Below are positions 12,332 through 25,070 of a stretch of DNA of 64,000 bases, in pieces. The stretch is taken from contig RHPI01002568.1 in the NCBI GenBank assembly GCA_009103225.1, positions 323,742-387,741 on the forward strand, given 5' to 3'. The translations under genes and the position numbers were made by a program. The DNA comes from Chlorokybus atmophyticus. Taxonomy: Eukaryota > Plantae > Mesostigma and Chlorokybus algae. The notes under the pieces are model-generated. The model was not told the origin of the DNA, searched no databases, and saw nothing but the letters and a program-made list of their open reading frames with translations. Each line of letters opens with the position of its first letter. Position 1 is the first letter of the stretch.

Positions 12332-13832
12332 AGCAGCAATGTTCCCCCATACGACCTTGCCGATATGTTTATGACACGTTACTTCAGATTTGCGAGTAAT
12401 TACTACATGCGATCGTAGTTCCCATGGAGCCGAGCGTTTCAATTACATCGTGTTGCACAGCGCAGTGTACATTCGCAAACTGTTAGAGGCACACCCCATG
12501 ACAGTGCAGATGTTGTCCATTGCGAACACGTCTATTGTGCTTGAAGACTTTTATAACCCATTTGGTTTCACTCCTGGCCAAGTGCAGCAGTTGAATATGA
12601 CTAACGGTCCGTTCATCACCTGGGACAAATTCACACACAAGAATTATCATGCTGCGTTTCTGCTCGAGTTTTTGAGTGAGCTATTATCTTCCAACACGCT
12701 AGTGCAGAAGTATCAGACTTTAGTATAACAACCATTTGGTTACGATGCTATCCTTACTGTTTGTTTTCTCTACTATTCGTAGTGTAGTATCTCGTGCACA
12801 AGATTGCAATCCTTTGAATATTGCTGGTGAATCAGCATACACATACGCTTTAACCACTTTGTTGCCATTTCCTTTTCGCAGCACAGCTGAAGTTACAGTG
12901 GACACCATGTTGCGTTGGACATGTGTCGCTGCGAGACCCATGTGTTCCGCTATCAATACACATGGATACACGTGGTGCGTACAACATTGAAGGTTTTATT
13001 GTTGAGCCTATTGTATTTCCCATATTATCCCACATAATCAAGGCTTCTTTGATGGTAATGTGAATAGCCGATTGTCATATTATGTCAAGTTTTGTCTCAC
13101 GTAATCCTTCTCAGTTTTCACATTGTACAAGCCCTATTTGCTTCTGATGTACAAAATTCGTCCCTCACTTTTTGTAGTTGGGAAATGCGGCGAAGTCGCT
13201 GTTAATGCTGATGTCAAAAAGTTTCTTAAGCAACGACCAACTGCAACAATCCATAACGCTACCAAAAACGCTGTAAAATACCGTGTTCTTGGTGACATTG
13301 CGAGGTCTGCAAGTTGGCATTGCCAAAGGTTGAGTGAGCTGTTGTATCTAGTTGGGGTATGCCTCATCTTTTTGTCATCATGACTGCAGATGAAGTCATT
13401 AGATACGATATCTAGCACCAAATTCTCTGAGATCACTGATTTGCAGGATGTTCTCCACAGCATGTCCTCTCAACTCAGTTGGCATGATGCCCCTGTAGAG
13501 TGTGCACGTTGTTTCATCATCGGTTTAGCAAGTTCTTTGAAGAATACATAATGCAGAAAGCATTCTTGGGCGCGTTATACACTATGTTATCTGGTATGAA
13601 ATGCAGCACCATGGATCTTTGCATGCACATGTCATGCTATGGTTACTTTCAGATGATGTCGAACGTGTTTGCTATAAAATAACTATGTTTATCTCCAGAG
13701 AAGCTGACCATAACAATCAGCAACTGATTGTGCCAATTAATTTCCAAATTGCGAGTCCTTTATGGATATGTGGTACGCAAGCACAAGTGTTCTGTTGTTG
13801 TTGGCAGTGGTTGCAGAGCCACCAACAACAAG

Positions 13833-16800
13833 CACAGGGCTTTGTACGCCCGGACCAGTCGTACGCGGCCCGCAGACCACGTCTGGTTCGCTGTGGCGTA
13901 CCAGTGCCGCGACTGGTCCGGCATGACCGGACCTCCGGTGGTCCCGCCCCGGAGCCGGATGGCCTGGTCCGATAGACCGGACCAGGGCTGGTCGCGGGCC
14001 CCGCGGCCTGCGAAGCAGTACAGCATGCGGTCTGATCCACCGGACCAATGCTGGTCGCGTGCCCCGCGGCTTCAAGCCACTGCAGAACTGGTACTTATTT
14101 TGTACGATTAGGGGACCGCGTTTGGTACACATGGTAACAAGAATGCGCACCTTACCTGGCACGTATCGCGCCAGCTGAACGATGCCGCAACCATGCGTAC
14201 GACCAGGGTGGACGAGCCGCAAGTCGCTTGTGCTTACTTGCTGACGTGTGCAAGCCGCGGCCCGCGATTTGCACACGTCAGCAAGTGACAAGTGCAAGCA
14301 TGCGATAAGTCCAAGCCGGCCATGCACTGCCTTGCCGCCTCTACCGATGATGATGATGCCGCCCACAAGCTGGAGGCGCCGGAGCTGGCGGCCTGCGTAC
14401 AGCTGGCGGCGGAGCTTACAAACACCCGACACACGTGGCCTCACCGTGTTCTATATTGTCGCTTACTGGCAAGTGGGCGGCTGGTGATCGTACAATGTAC
14501 TGTAATTTCGTACTATGTCACTGTCGTGACTGCTCAGCAGCCTGCTGAGCAGCAGAACCTAAAGTTAAGAGCTTCCCCCAGCTTCCCCCTGTTGTGTTGT
14601 TGATGTTGCTGCTGCATGGGTGCTGCTGCAGCTTACCCCGCCATGGCATGGCGCTGTTTGTTGACATGACAATAAGTATGTCGTAGTTTCAACCGTCATT
14701 CTTCACTAACTTTGCAGCGGCAGCAGCTTCTGCTGCATATGCTAGGTGCTGGAGGAGTAGAATGCAGTGTCCAGGTGGCCGCCTACCTGCGCTGGGAGGA
14801 GCCGTGATGGAGATTATGAGGCCACATGCTTGGCAAGTTGTGTATAACAGTGTCAACCAAAGAATGCATGTAAACATGCACAGCTGGCGCACAAGCAATT
14901 ATGTAGTCACTTTACTGTTTGGTCGTGCGTACATGCGTGTAACAGCGTGTTCAGCTTTGGGACGTGTTGTTTTGCGTGTAATTGTTACTCCCACAACCAT
15001 GCACCATGTGCACGTGCGATCACGCACTCACCCACATGTATGTATACGCACGCGCAAGCGCCCGCACACGCGCACATGGCCATGCTCGTGCAAGCATGCA
15101 TGTGCTCTTTGTCACGCACACACACACACACACGCACGTACACACATAGACACACTTGTTGAAATAGGGCCGTAGACCACAGCTGCCTCGTAGGCTGCAC
15201 TGTCCACGCAAGCGCACAATGCCAAGAGCCAAGCAACACAACAACAATTATATGTTGCAACACATGTATGTGCAAGTGAGGCAGGCTGACCAGCCGGGTG
15301 ATGGAACAGTTGTTGCCGACAGGCGTGTGAGTGAAGGCTGCATGAGAGACGCTCAGCAATGACCCGGGGCTGGAGGTATGTGAGTGCGCCAGTGTGCGCA
15401 TGTGCGTGTCTATATGCTGGAGGGGGGCAATGAGTGCAGGCCGCAAGTGAGTGTGGGCGTGTTCTTGTTTGCTGTGGTCAAGGAAGCGATTCCCCCCCCT
15501 GCAGCAGTTTGGCCAATGTGCGTTTGCAGTTGCGGGACACCCACACATGGGAATGTACAGTTCCCCTGTTAGCCCGCCAGCCCCCTACGAACACAGACGC
15601 TTACGGACACTCTCACTGTCAAGTTGCCAGCCCGCAGCGGAGGGCTTGCTCCGAACGCCGCGTGAGGGCAGCAGCACATTAGTGATTTGGGGCGTCACCA
15701 TTGATGGGGATAGCCCAATGCTGTTGCTCTTCACAGTGCGTGCCACCGAGGGGCGCTGCAAGTAGGTGCACCTGCTACACCTCAAGGTGAGGGGAATCTT
15801 GCACACGCACAAGCACGCACAAGCACATTCGCACGCGCATGCACATGCACGTGCGCGTGAGCATACACATGCGTGTACGTACACATGTGACACACGCACG
15901 TACATTGGTCAAAATTGGGCTCATAGACCGTGCTGTCTAGTGCGGCCTATGAGGCAGCCTACAGCAACTGGCTCATAGGCCGCACTGGGCAGCGCAGCCT
16001 ATGAGGCAGTTCTGCGTGCACACTATGCATGTAAACAAATGTGCCCCCNNNNNNNNNNNNNNNNNNNNNNNNNNNNNNNNNNNNNNNNNNNNNNNNNNNN
16101 NNNNNNNNNNNNNNNNNNNNNNNNNNNNNNNNNNNNNNNNNNNNNNNNNNNNNNNNNNNNNNNNNNNNNNNNNNNNNNNNNNNNNNNNNNNNNNNNNNNN
16201 NNNNNNNNNNNNNNNNNNNNNNNNNNNNNNNNNNNNNNNNNNNNNNNNNNNNNNNNNNNNNNNNNNNNNNNNNNNNNNNNNNNNNNNNNNNNNNNNNNNN
16301 NNNNNNNNNNNNNNNNNNNNNNNNNNNNNNNNNNNNNNNNNNNNNNNNNNNNNNNNNNNNNNNNNNNNNNNNNNNNNNNNNNNNNNNNNNNNNNNNNNNN
16401 NNNNNNNNNNNNNNNNNNNNNNNNNNNNNNNNNNNCCCCCGCCCCCTCCTTTCTCAAAGAGACGTGCACACGCATACACATACAAGCATGCGCGCACGCG
16501 CATGTAACGGTGCGCACTTGCATGCGCTCACGCAGTCGCGCACGTGCAGGTATGCGGACTGCCCCCCAAGCTGCAATTAGCAACCCGCTGCTGCAAGAGA
16601 AGTTTGTAGTGCACAGCTCTAAGTACGCAGGCACTACTTGCCCTAGCACCGTGCCCTCCGCCATCTTTAAGGTGCGATGAGTGTGTGTGCACATGAGTGT
16701 GCGTTTGTGCAATTTATGTGTGCAGGCGCACGAGTGCGCAAACGTGCGTGCATGAGCGCACACATTTGGTAAGCTACACGCTATAGTAGTGCAGCCTATG

Positions 16801-18973
16801 AGGCTGCCTCATATGCGCCGCACTGACCAGTGCCTATGAGGCAGTTTCTATAGGCTGGCTCATAGACCGCACTGACCAGTGCGGCCATTGAGCCAGCGAT
16901 ACCTGATCAATGAATTTAAAAAGTCATAGGCCTGTCTGTGAGCACGTGTGTATGTGTGCATGAGGTACACCCACACAATGCTTGCAAGCGCACGTGCGTG
17001 TGCATGTACTCGAGTGCGTGTACACATGTGCACGTATATGTATGTATGTGCGTGCGTGCACCTGTGCTTAGGCGTGCGCATCACTGTTTGTGCACGTACA
17101 CACACATGTTTGTTAACTATACATGTGTTTGAAACAGCCACTGCACATGTGATCCGGGACGTCGCTATCAGTAGGGAGCCCGTGCTGCTGCTCTTCTCAG
17201 AGTGCGGGATTGGAGGGCGCAGTTGGCTGCACCTGCTGCACCTCAAGGTGAGCGGAGGGGGAAGGGGAGGGGGAGGATGTATATTTGCGCATATGCACGT
17301 GCAAGCGAAAGCGCACGCACACGAGCATGCGCGCAAGCATGCATGTTGTCCTACTCTGTCTTACTCTATGTCATAGCCTTTTCGTCATACACATGTACGC
17401 AATTGAGAATGGCTCATGGATCTAGTAAATGTGTCATAGGCGCTTGTAAACGGGCTCATAGACCGCCGAGACTGCCTCATAGGCTGCACTGTGCAGTCCA
17501 GCCTATGACGCAGTCACGGTAGGCGAGCTCAATGACCAGCCGCATATGAAACAGCGATACTCGGTCACTAAGTCTATCTAGCGCGTATGTGTGGGTGCGT
17601 GGGTGGATGGGTGCGGGCGTGCATGCGCGTGCGCGTGTGTGTGACAATGCATTGGTTATGTGCGAATGTGTGCACACAGGAGCACATACTTAATCCGCTC
17701 ATGCCTGGCATGTTCAAGCACACAATGACACATGACACGCACCAACCGAGCGCACACATACATTGCTTTGTGCTATGCTTATTGCTGCTGCTGCTGCTGC
17801 GTCAAGCTCAAAGCCCTGCCTATGCGCGTGCTTACACATGCACACGCAGATGTGCTTGCCTTGCCCATCAGCGAAGGTGTGGCCGGCATTGGTGGCGTAG
17901 GGATTGAGGAGCGGCTTCTACGCTAAGCACAAAGTACAAACCCTTGTGCTGATGACTTTGCATGTCTGGCAGTTGCTGGCTGCCGACCGTTGTCTGTTGC
18001 ACAAGAAGTCTGTGCGTATGTTGTTTGTTTATATGTGATTAGTTGTGTATAGTTGCAGATGTGCAGGCTTGGGGTAGCGTGTTTGTCAGAATCGCTTGTT
18101 GATGTAGCTGTACAACATGCTCCATAATAGTTTGATTACCTCTTGTCGTGCTGTAGTGTATGCTGCTATCATGTGTGGCGCAGCCTGCTTGCAGGCACTA
18201 GACTGATAAGCGGTGTGACTGAGACGTGTGTGACCAACCTTGTAAGAACGGCTGGTACACATGCATTGACTATTGCATTCTTGTTGTCATCAGCATGACC
18301 TGTGGTCAGTGGTTATGTGGTTATGATCGTATCAACAGCGGCGACGGCGGCGTGAGCGGAGAGAGCCATGGTCATGGCCTGGTCATCGAGAAGCCCTTGG
18401 CCTGGTCATGTTGACGTGGGCATCACCAGGCCAGCATGACCAGGCCAGCGGGGTGGCCTGGTGCTCTTGGTACAAAGCACCAGGCCGCCCGCCAGGCCAC
18501 CAGCAGCGGCGGCTCAACCGCGGCTTAATTGCTGCAGCTAGCTGAACGCCGTTAGCTGCCAAAGCACAGTTAACTTACAGTATGTGACCATTCCCGGTCA
18601 ATTCTTGCTTGGTCCGGCTGCAGCCGGTCAACAAACGGCATGGAAACTTACATTTTAGGAGAGACGCGCACCAGCAATGGACCGTACGGACCATGGCTCT
18701 TGTTCATGGCATTCTGACTGAACAAAACGATTGTTGACCATTGATGGTCGTTAGAAAGGACCATACCTGGTCCAATTCATATCGGCTTGTGACCGGGACC
18801 AGCCCTGGTCCTGGTCCGGGGACCAAGCATGACAAACCCGCATTTTTTGACCAGGCTTGGTCCCCGCGCGCAGACCAAGGCGGGCGACCCTGGTCCGGGC
18901 CCCAAGCCGCCCTGGCGTTTTGGCCCTGGTCCGTACGTGCGAACCAGGGCTGGTCCGTGGCAAAAATTCCGTG
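13833..18973. mobile_element. Non-autonomous DNA-transposon-like insertion with CAC...GTG termini and GGACCAG/CTGGTCC subterminal repeats (CACTA/CMC-like)
   Basis: Starts CACAGG and ends CCGTG. CGGACCAG lies near both ends in inverted orientation. Dense GGACC/GGTCC arrays at 13850-14060 and 18765-18960. Removal restores the Helitron frame. TSD is ambiguous (AG/CG, or AAG). Confidence 0.72.
16049..16435. other. Assembly gap (N run) flanked by C runs
   Basis: Run of N. Confidence 1.
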
Positions 18974-21900
18974 CGAAGTGCGACATGGGCTTTCCATATC
19001 CGGTGCAACCAGATCGACAACCCAAGTTCAACACTGAATCGCGCAGGTATGAATACTACAGACCGCGCACTTGGACGACAACGTCATGCCGACACATCCA
19101 GTCCTGCCGGTGTTGTGGAGTGCTCATTGCATTGTTGCGTGTCACGGACAGTCAATGGAGCAAGTATGCAGTGAAATACACAGCCAAAATGTAACCTTGT
19201 GGCACAATAGATGATGCATTGGACGCGAATGCATTAGGCCTGCAAGGATTAACTGATAGCGAGTTGCGCATATTGAACACAATGTATCTGTTGAAACCCA
19301 TTGCACCACAGGAGCTGCTTTAATATGTTTGTATATTTTCATCATGCAAATGTCTACCAATGTGACATATGTTGACACACGTTTGCCTTTAAATGATGCT
19401 CGCATTTTTAAGGTCGTGCACAAACTGGTATCGTGTATTTCATTTATCGCTATTGTGTCAGGCCTGATGAAGTGGAAAGAATCACGATGTACAACTACTT
19501 TCAACGATATATGCACAGAGATGGAGACATGGGTCCACATTACACGGTATGTTCTTTAAGAGGCAGATTGAGTGCAAATGTTGATGAGTTAGCTAACCCT
19601 CCACTATACGGATTCACTGACTACCATCCTGTGAAAAACACGGAGGGGTTTTGCTTTGATTTGCTTGTTCAGACTGCCACTTTCGTTCAGATGTGGACTT
19701 GCTGTCTGTAAATAGCGAATAACGTACTTATTACAAAGGATGTGTGTTGCGCGGTCTCATTAACAACACCAATCGCAGTTGTTGACACATGTCACACGTT
19801 ATGCTGAACGTCATTTATACAATGACGTCAAGATTCACCAAATAATGAACACTATAATGCACAACACTGATACTGCTGTTGATGCCTTGTCCAGGGCTGC
19901 AGTGGCTCCAGCAGTGGGCACCAATCTTGTGTCAAACAACACTCCCATGCGGAATACATCAGCAACATCGCCAATCCTGCATTTTCAGCTCGACTGTTAC
20001 AACAAACGTATAGTAGAACCTCCCTTGTTACAAAGTACATTGAATGTGGAAGAAGAATTTTCGTGTGTGAACAATATGCCTTTGACCAGCAAGCAAGAAT
20101 CCGCTGCAGGTAGAATTATTGCAACACCAGTTGATTTACATGTAATCTCCGGTTGTCTTAGAGCAGGAGAAACATTCATGTCCAAATACGCCACCCACAA
20201 ATTGCTCGAATTTGGCATACCTGTCCTGCTCAGTGCTACAACTGGCGCTGCAGCTTTGCGGCTCAGTTTATCAACTTCTATTGTACATTCCAACTTTGCA
20301 ATACCTGTCAACGATAAGCAACTTCAACTTTAAACTGCTATGGATGACGCTTTCAAACGTTAACATCATTGTCGTGAACTTATTATTGATGAGTTTTCAA
20401 AGATAAAATCGCGCTTGTTTGATTTGCTGATGCTACGTTTACAGCAAGTTCATGGAGCAGAGTTTTTGCAAACAATTGGTGTTGTATGGGTTGGTGACCA
20501 CAAGCAATTGTCGGCAATTTGTGGGCGCACACATCTCAAGTTGCCACAAATGTCATGTTTTCGCATCAAAAAGGTGGCCAAAAGTGGCCGCAAGCCACAC
20601 ATTCTATATGTTGCTATGCGTCATGCTTCAGACCCTCGATTTGCTGAATTTTTAACTCAGATTTGTTTTGGCATTCCCAGTGCAACAAGAATAGCAGACG
20701 TCATTAGGTGCTATGTTGTTACTGCAGAAAAAAAAATATTTACAACAGATACCTTGCGACACTACCATATTATGCTCACATTTACAAAACACTCTCGCCT
20801 TCAACAATATAATTGTGAGATAATGTTTTGTAGCAGATGCCATTGTGCAGGTGCAGATTACTTCCAATGCAGTGACTGTGCAAGAGCTGCAAGGCTGGAT
20901 CCACAAGCTCATGTTCAACCTATTACCATTAGGTGTTAAAGGTGCAAAGGTGTTGATTTTGGAAACGTTTTGCTGCAAGATGGTGTAGCCAATCGGTCAA
21001 TAAGGGCAATGACACAAATCAAATATTATAAAGGCAATGTCAATAGTCTACAAGTTATATTTAATCACTTGGCAGAACCCATGTAGATGCGTCGAACGCT
21101 ACAGCAAACGACAACAGGGCAAAACGTACTACAAAACTGTTTTGCTTTTATGGGCAAAACGTACCACAAAGCTGTTTTTCTTTGCAGCTAGCGTATGCAA
21201 TGACAGTTCATAAGTCCCAAAGTGCCACCTCACAGTCAACTACCGTTGTCCATGCGCAGGAAGCTTTTACTCCTGGATTAGGGTATGTGCCACGTGGCGT
21301 TGTTATGTGTTACGAATAGGGCTTTTTGCGGTTGACACGTTTACCGCGCCTTGAAGAGATGAGGCCTGTTCCTTGGGATTGACTTGCATAATCGGTAAGT
21401 TCCCATTTGTGTTGTAAATCATGTTAAACTCGGTATCAATATATGTTGTGCGATGTTGTACGATGTTATACAACATCTGAACAGGTTGTGCGATGTTGTA
21501 CGACATTGCATCGTTGATGCATATTGCACAATGTGATTCGATGGGACTATGTTGTACACATGGGGGTTGTATGTACTGCACGGTGAATTGGCAGCAATGA
21601 TTTTTGCTAGATATAAAATACAGCAGATTGCAATGTTATAATGCCCGTCCAATCAGATCATATGTTTAATCATCTCATGTATAAATAACATCTTTTGTCC
21701 AATTATATTGCAGCATAGCTTAACACGTGTGCGCAGCAGACCGTTATCTTTTTTATGGAGATATACTTGACACAACATCTGGACCCTGCTATATATATTG
21801 ATATATCCAAAGCGAGGGCACTGAGCACATGCCTGTCACACCACCTGCTGCATCGGATTTTTGCCCTTCGTTGCAAACTGTCACAGGTCTCCGCCAGACA

Positions 21901-21989
21901 GAAGTACTAGCGCAGCAAATACACCTGTTTGTAATGCCCGTGGCTTTGTGTGGTAACATGTTTGCTAGCGTAATATTGACTATATTGAC

Positions 21990-23400
21990 TATGCACTTGC
22001 ATTGTGACAGCATGGACTTTAACGGAAAAGAAGTTTAAGAGGCTCCACGCTCAGATTTCAAATGACGAACCCGGCTCCAAGCATCCATGTACCAGCAGCT
22101 CTAGTGGCGGTGATGCGCCTGGGCGTTCGTTAACAGCCATGCAGCGGGTAGCTTGCGATTTAGCAGGTATCACTTCCGACAAGCTGAAGGGATTGTTCAT
22201 CAAGCCAGAGGCCGATATGCTGATTCAACTAGCTAAAGAAAGAGCTCAAGAGTTTCGCATTACCTATGGGGATTCCATTGCAACTGGTAAGAAGCTGTTA
22301 GCGTCGAGTTACGATTGTAATGTATGTGTTAACTATTGCCTTGTACATGCAGGAACGTGCATTTACTACCTTAGGAAGCTTGGCATCGACATTTTTAATG
22401 ACATTAAGCGCCAAGTTGCTTACAAGTTGTGGGACACTTAGATGCGCAAGAACAATTCAAATCTTTATGACAATGCCGAGCCCATCTACGCCAATTGGGT
22501 ATGGAGCATTCTGATATTTGTTTACTGACTAGTTGACTTGTAGAATTACATGCCATTGACAGGTGTTTAAGCTTGTGCACGTGCGCAAAGTTTGCAACTG
22601 GGAAATTGCGCTTTTTATGTCGCAAGGCAAAGCAGAGAAAATCATTGATTAACAAAGCAGACCCCAGGGAGGCTCCAGTAGCAAATGAGGCTGCCAATGA
22701 GGTGTGTATCTTTAGTGGTCACTTGTTACTGCACTGGCAAAGTGTGACATGAGCATGGTATGGTTCCTAGCAGAAGTTCAAACCTCCAAGGACACAACAA
22801 GGCAAACCCCATGCAATCACTCCAGCATCGCGTCATACTTCTGTGTTTGTTATAAATCCCTTGCTTCCTGGCGTTTGCCCTTTGTCTGTGTCCTTGCTGC
22901 TACGTCTGCTACGCAAGTACGTCAACATTGCTCCATATTGATGTTGCCAATGTGTGTTACTGCAATGTATGACAACATTGTTTTCTGCAGGTAATCGATG
23001 AAGTCCAGATGATCCTGTGATCCTCTGCAGCGAGACACAGCGTATCGATTCAGCCAACACTGGCTTCAGGGCCTCTGCACGTATCCCAAAAAATCGTGCG
23101 TAAAGACTGGTGCGAAGTTTATCAACAAGTTGACGCACCTGGAAACCAACAAGGTATATATTGGCAAAAGTAGTAACCCAGACTGACGTTATAAGGAGCA
23201 TCGTAAAGACCCACCCGAAACGATGGTGCCCGACTTGTAATAGCAGTGAATCTTTTTAAAATCAAGTAAAGTTGGAGGTATTGGATGAAGGACATTGCAA
23301 GGCATGTTTGAATTTGTCAAAAGCAAAGCATATCGCTCAGTATCACCCGCGCGGTTGTAACGGATATAACATGGATGAAGGCAACCCTACGAGGTTTTAA
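21990..23400 (+). pseudogene. Spliced pseudogene ending in a GIY-YIG endonuclease domain
   Basis: Manual translation of 23108-23400 with frameshifts and stops: WCEVY/KLTHLETNKVYIGKSSNPD*RYKEHRKDPPETMVPDL...LEVLDE...KAKHIAQYHPRGCNGYNMDEGNPTRF*. YIG at 23157-23165. Upstream coding-like blocks 22004-22500 with plausible GT-AG introns. Confidence 0.8.
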
Positions 23401-23831
23401 GTAATTTAGGCGCGCCGACGTAGTGGCAATGGTTTTGGTAATTACAACAAGAAGACAGTTTGATACTCCCGTTTGCAGAGTGTGCAGTTGTACACTGTGT
23501 GCGTCTGATCGTTTTCCATGTGTACAAAGCTGCACATAAATGTGCATGTGGCAATGACGATGAACGTTACTATGTGCGCACTTGGTGTACGGTGTATGGT
23601 GTCAGTGTGTGTGTGTTTGTGTGCCGTTGTTTGTTTGTTTGTGTATGTATGCGATGGTGTGTGTTGTGTGCGAGGCGTGTGTGTGCGTGTGCCTGTATGT
23701 TTAGTGTGTGTGTGAGTATGCGTCCGCATGTGTGTGCGAGTGTGTGTGCGTGCGTGTTTGTCACTGTCTTCAATCGATGCATGTGTGAATGTATCGGTGC
23801 ACATGTGTTGAATGTGTAGGTGGGTGTACTG

Positions 23832-23833
<2 letters not shown>

Positions 23834-23879
<46 letters not shown>
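23834..23879. repeat. (GA)n microsatellite
   Basis: Direct reading. Confidence 0.98.
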
Positions 23880-23880
<1 letters not shown>

Positions 23881-25070
23881 GTTGTATCAACAGCAGATTA
23901 CAATTTCAATAGAAGTATAAGTGTTCCATGGTATCCGCAATGTGTTGTAAGTAACTTAAAACAGAATTCTCCCTAAGTATGCGACCAGGATTGCTATGTG
24001 CAGCATTGAAACAATCCGGGTGACAAAATACGATTGCTCATCACGTACATATGCGCATAAAGTGTATTGGCAACAATGACAGAAGAACGTGGAATCGATT
24101 GCGAATGTAGCAATTGCAACAATCGCGCCCACGATGAATACTGCCGCGTCAATAAACAATTTCACGCATGGGAGTCTGTTCAGCATGGTGGTTCTGCCAA
24201 AAAAGCAACCGTGGATCCAACCAGTGGACTACGTGCATACACTATGCACCCGAAAACCAGAAGAAAACAATTGTCACAGCACCATGTCATGCCGGTGAAG
24301 GACTTGAGCTAGGTTGTTTCGGGATATGACTACATGCAGGGGAATAATAAACTGTGGGCTGGTTGTAGGCATGAGGTAGTTGGATTTGCTTGTAGAAGCA
24401 CATCTAGGCAATGATGTTTGTTGGGTTTTGTGATGGGAAGGTAGATAAGGAAGTTATTGAGTGAAGAAAAGTGCATTTGGTTAGTTACAGTTAGTGCAAC
24501 CGGACATCAGCGTAACCCAGATCTAATGAGTGTAATCGGGGCTGTTCTGGGAGTTGTGAGTGGAGAAGGATTGGTGGAAGGAGTGGCCATCCATGTGGCA
24601 GTCATGAGCTGGTCATGGAGACGATCTACACATCATTAGAGGCGTGGATTGGAGCTGGAGCTGGAGGAGAGCAAGTCCAAGTAGCTTTGACCATAGTCTA
24701 GTGCATTCCGAGTTGGTTGTGCCAGATTTGGACATGTGCATTGCCTTGACCATAGTATAAGTAGTGTGACTGAACAGATGTTAGCTATCTGGTCAGCAAG
24801 TTGCCATACAAGTGCCATAACACTAGTGCAATACATCTTCGTGTGATGTATGCTATTGGTGCCTTAGCTGAGGTTGTTGTTGTGTAAGCGTGTGACATTG
24901 GCGCATACCATCGTGCCCTGCTCAGCAAGTATGTCTACAAGGAGGAGATCATCATGATAATCATCATCATCCTCGTGTAGACTGTTCACTTGCTGACCAG
25001 ATTCAGGGACTTCGGTGGTTGGTAAGACCGGTGTGCGGTTGACGAGAAAGTGAGTGATAGCATGGGTAGA

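Larger units (their letters stand above)
12350..21385 (+). pseudogene. Helitron Rep/PIF1-helicase (RepHel) pseudogene, interrupted by a 5.1-kb insertion
   Basis: HUH motif YEMQHHGSLHAHVMLW at 13595-13642. CDMGFPYP at 18979 and motif-3 YAVKYTAK at 19165-19188. PIF1 motifs LLSATTGAAA, ELIIDEFS, VGDHKQL, GAKVLI, LAYAMTVHKSQ, FTPGLGYV, ending in a stop near 21380. Start position approximate. Confidence 0.92.

Noticed and set aside
14689-17930. Numerous His/Cys/Ala/Arg-rich ORFs in the track, also at 23442-23890, 32295-32649 and 48200-53700
   Set aside because: They are translations of CA/TG microsatellite introns or tracts, or they span N gaps.
13830-19000. CRISPR-like array from the GGACCAG and CTCATAG repeats
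   Set aside because: Repeats are short, in mixed orientation and irregularly spaced. There are no cas genes and the context is eukaryotic.
23100-24300. Chlamys/Penelope-like retroelement
   Set aside because: The GIY-YIG ends in a stop and no PLE reverse transcriptase is visible downstream or upstream.
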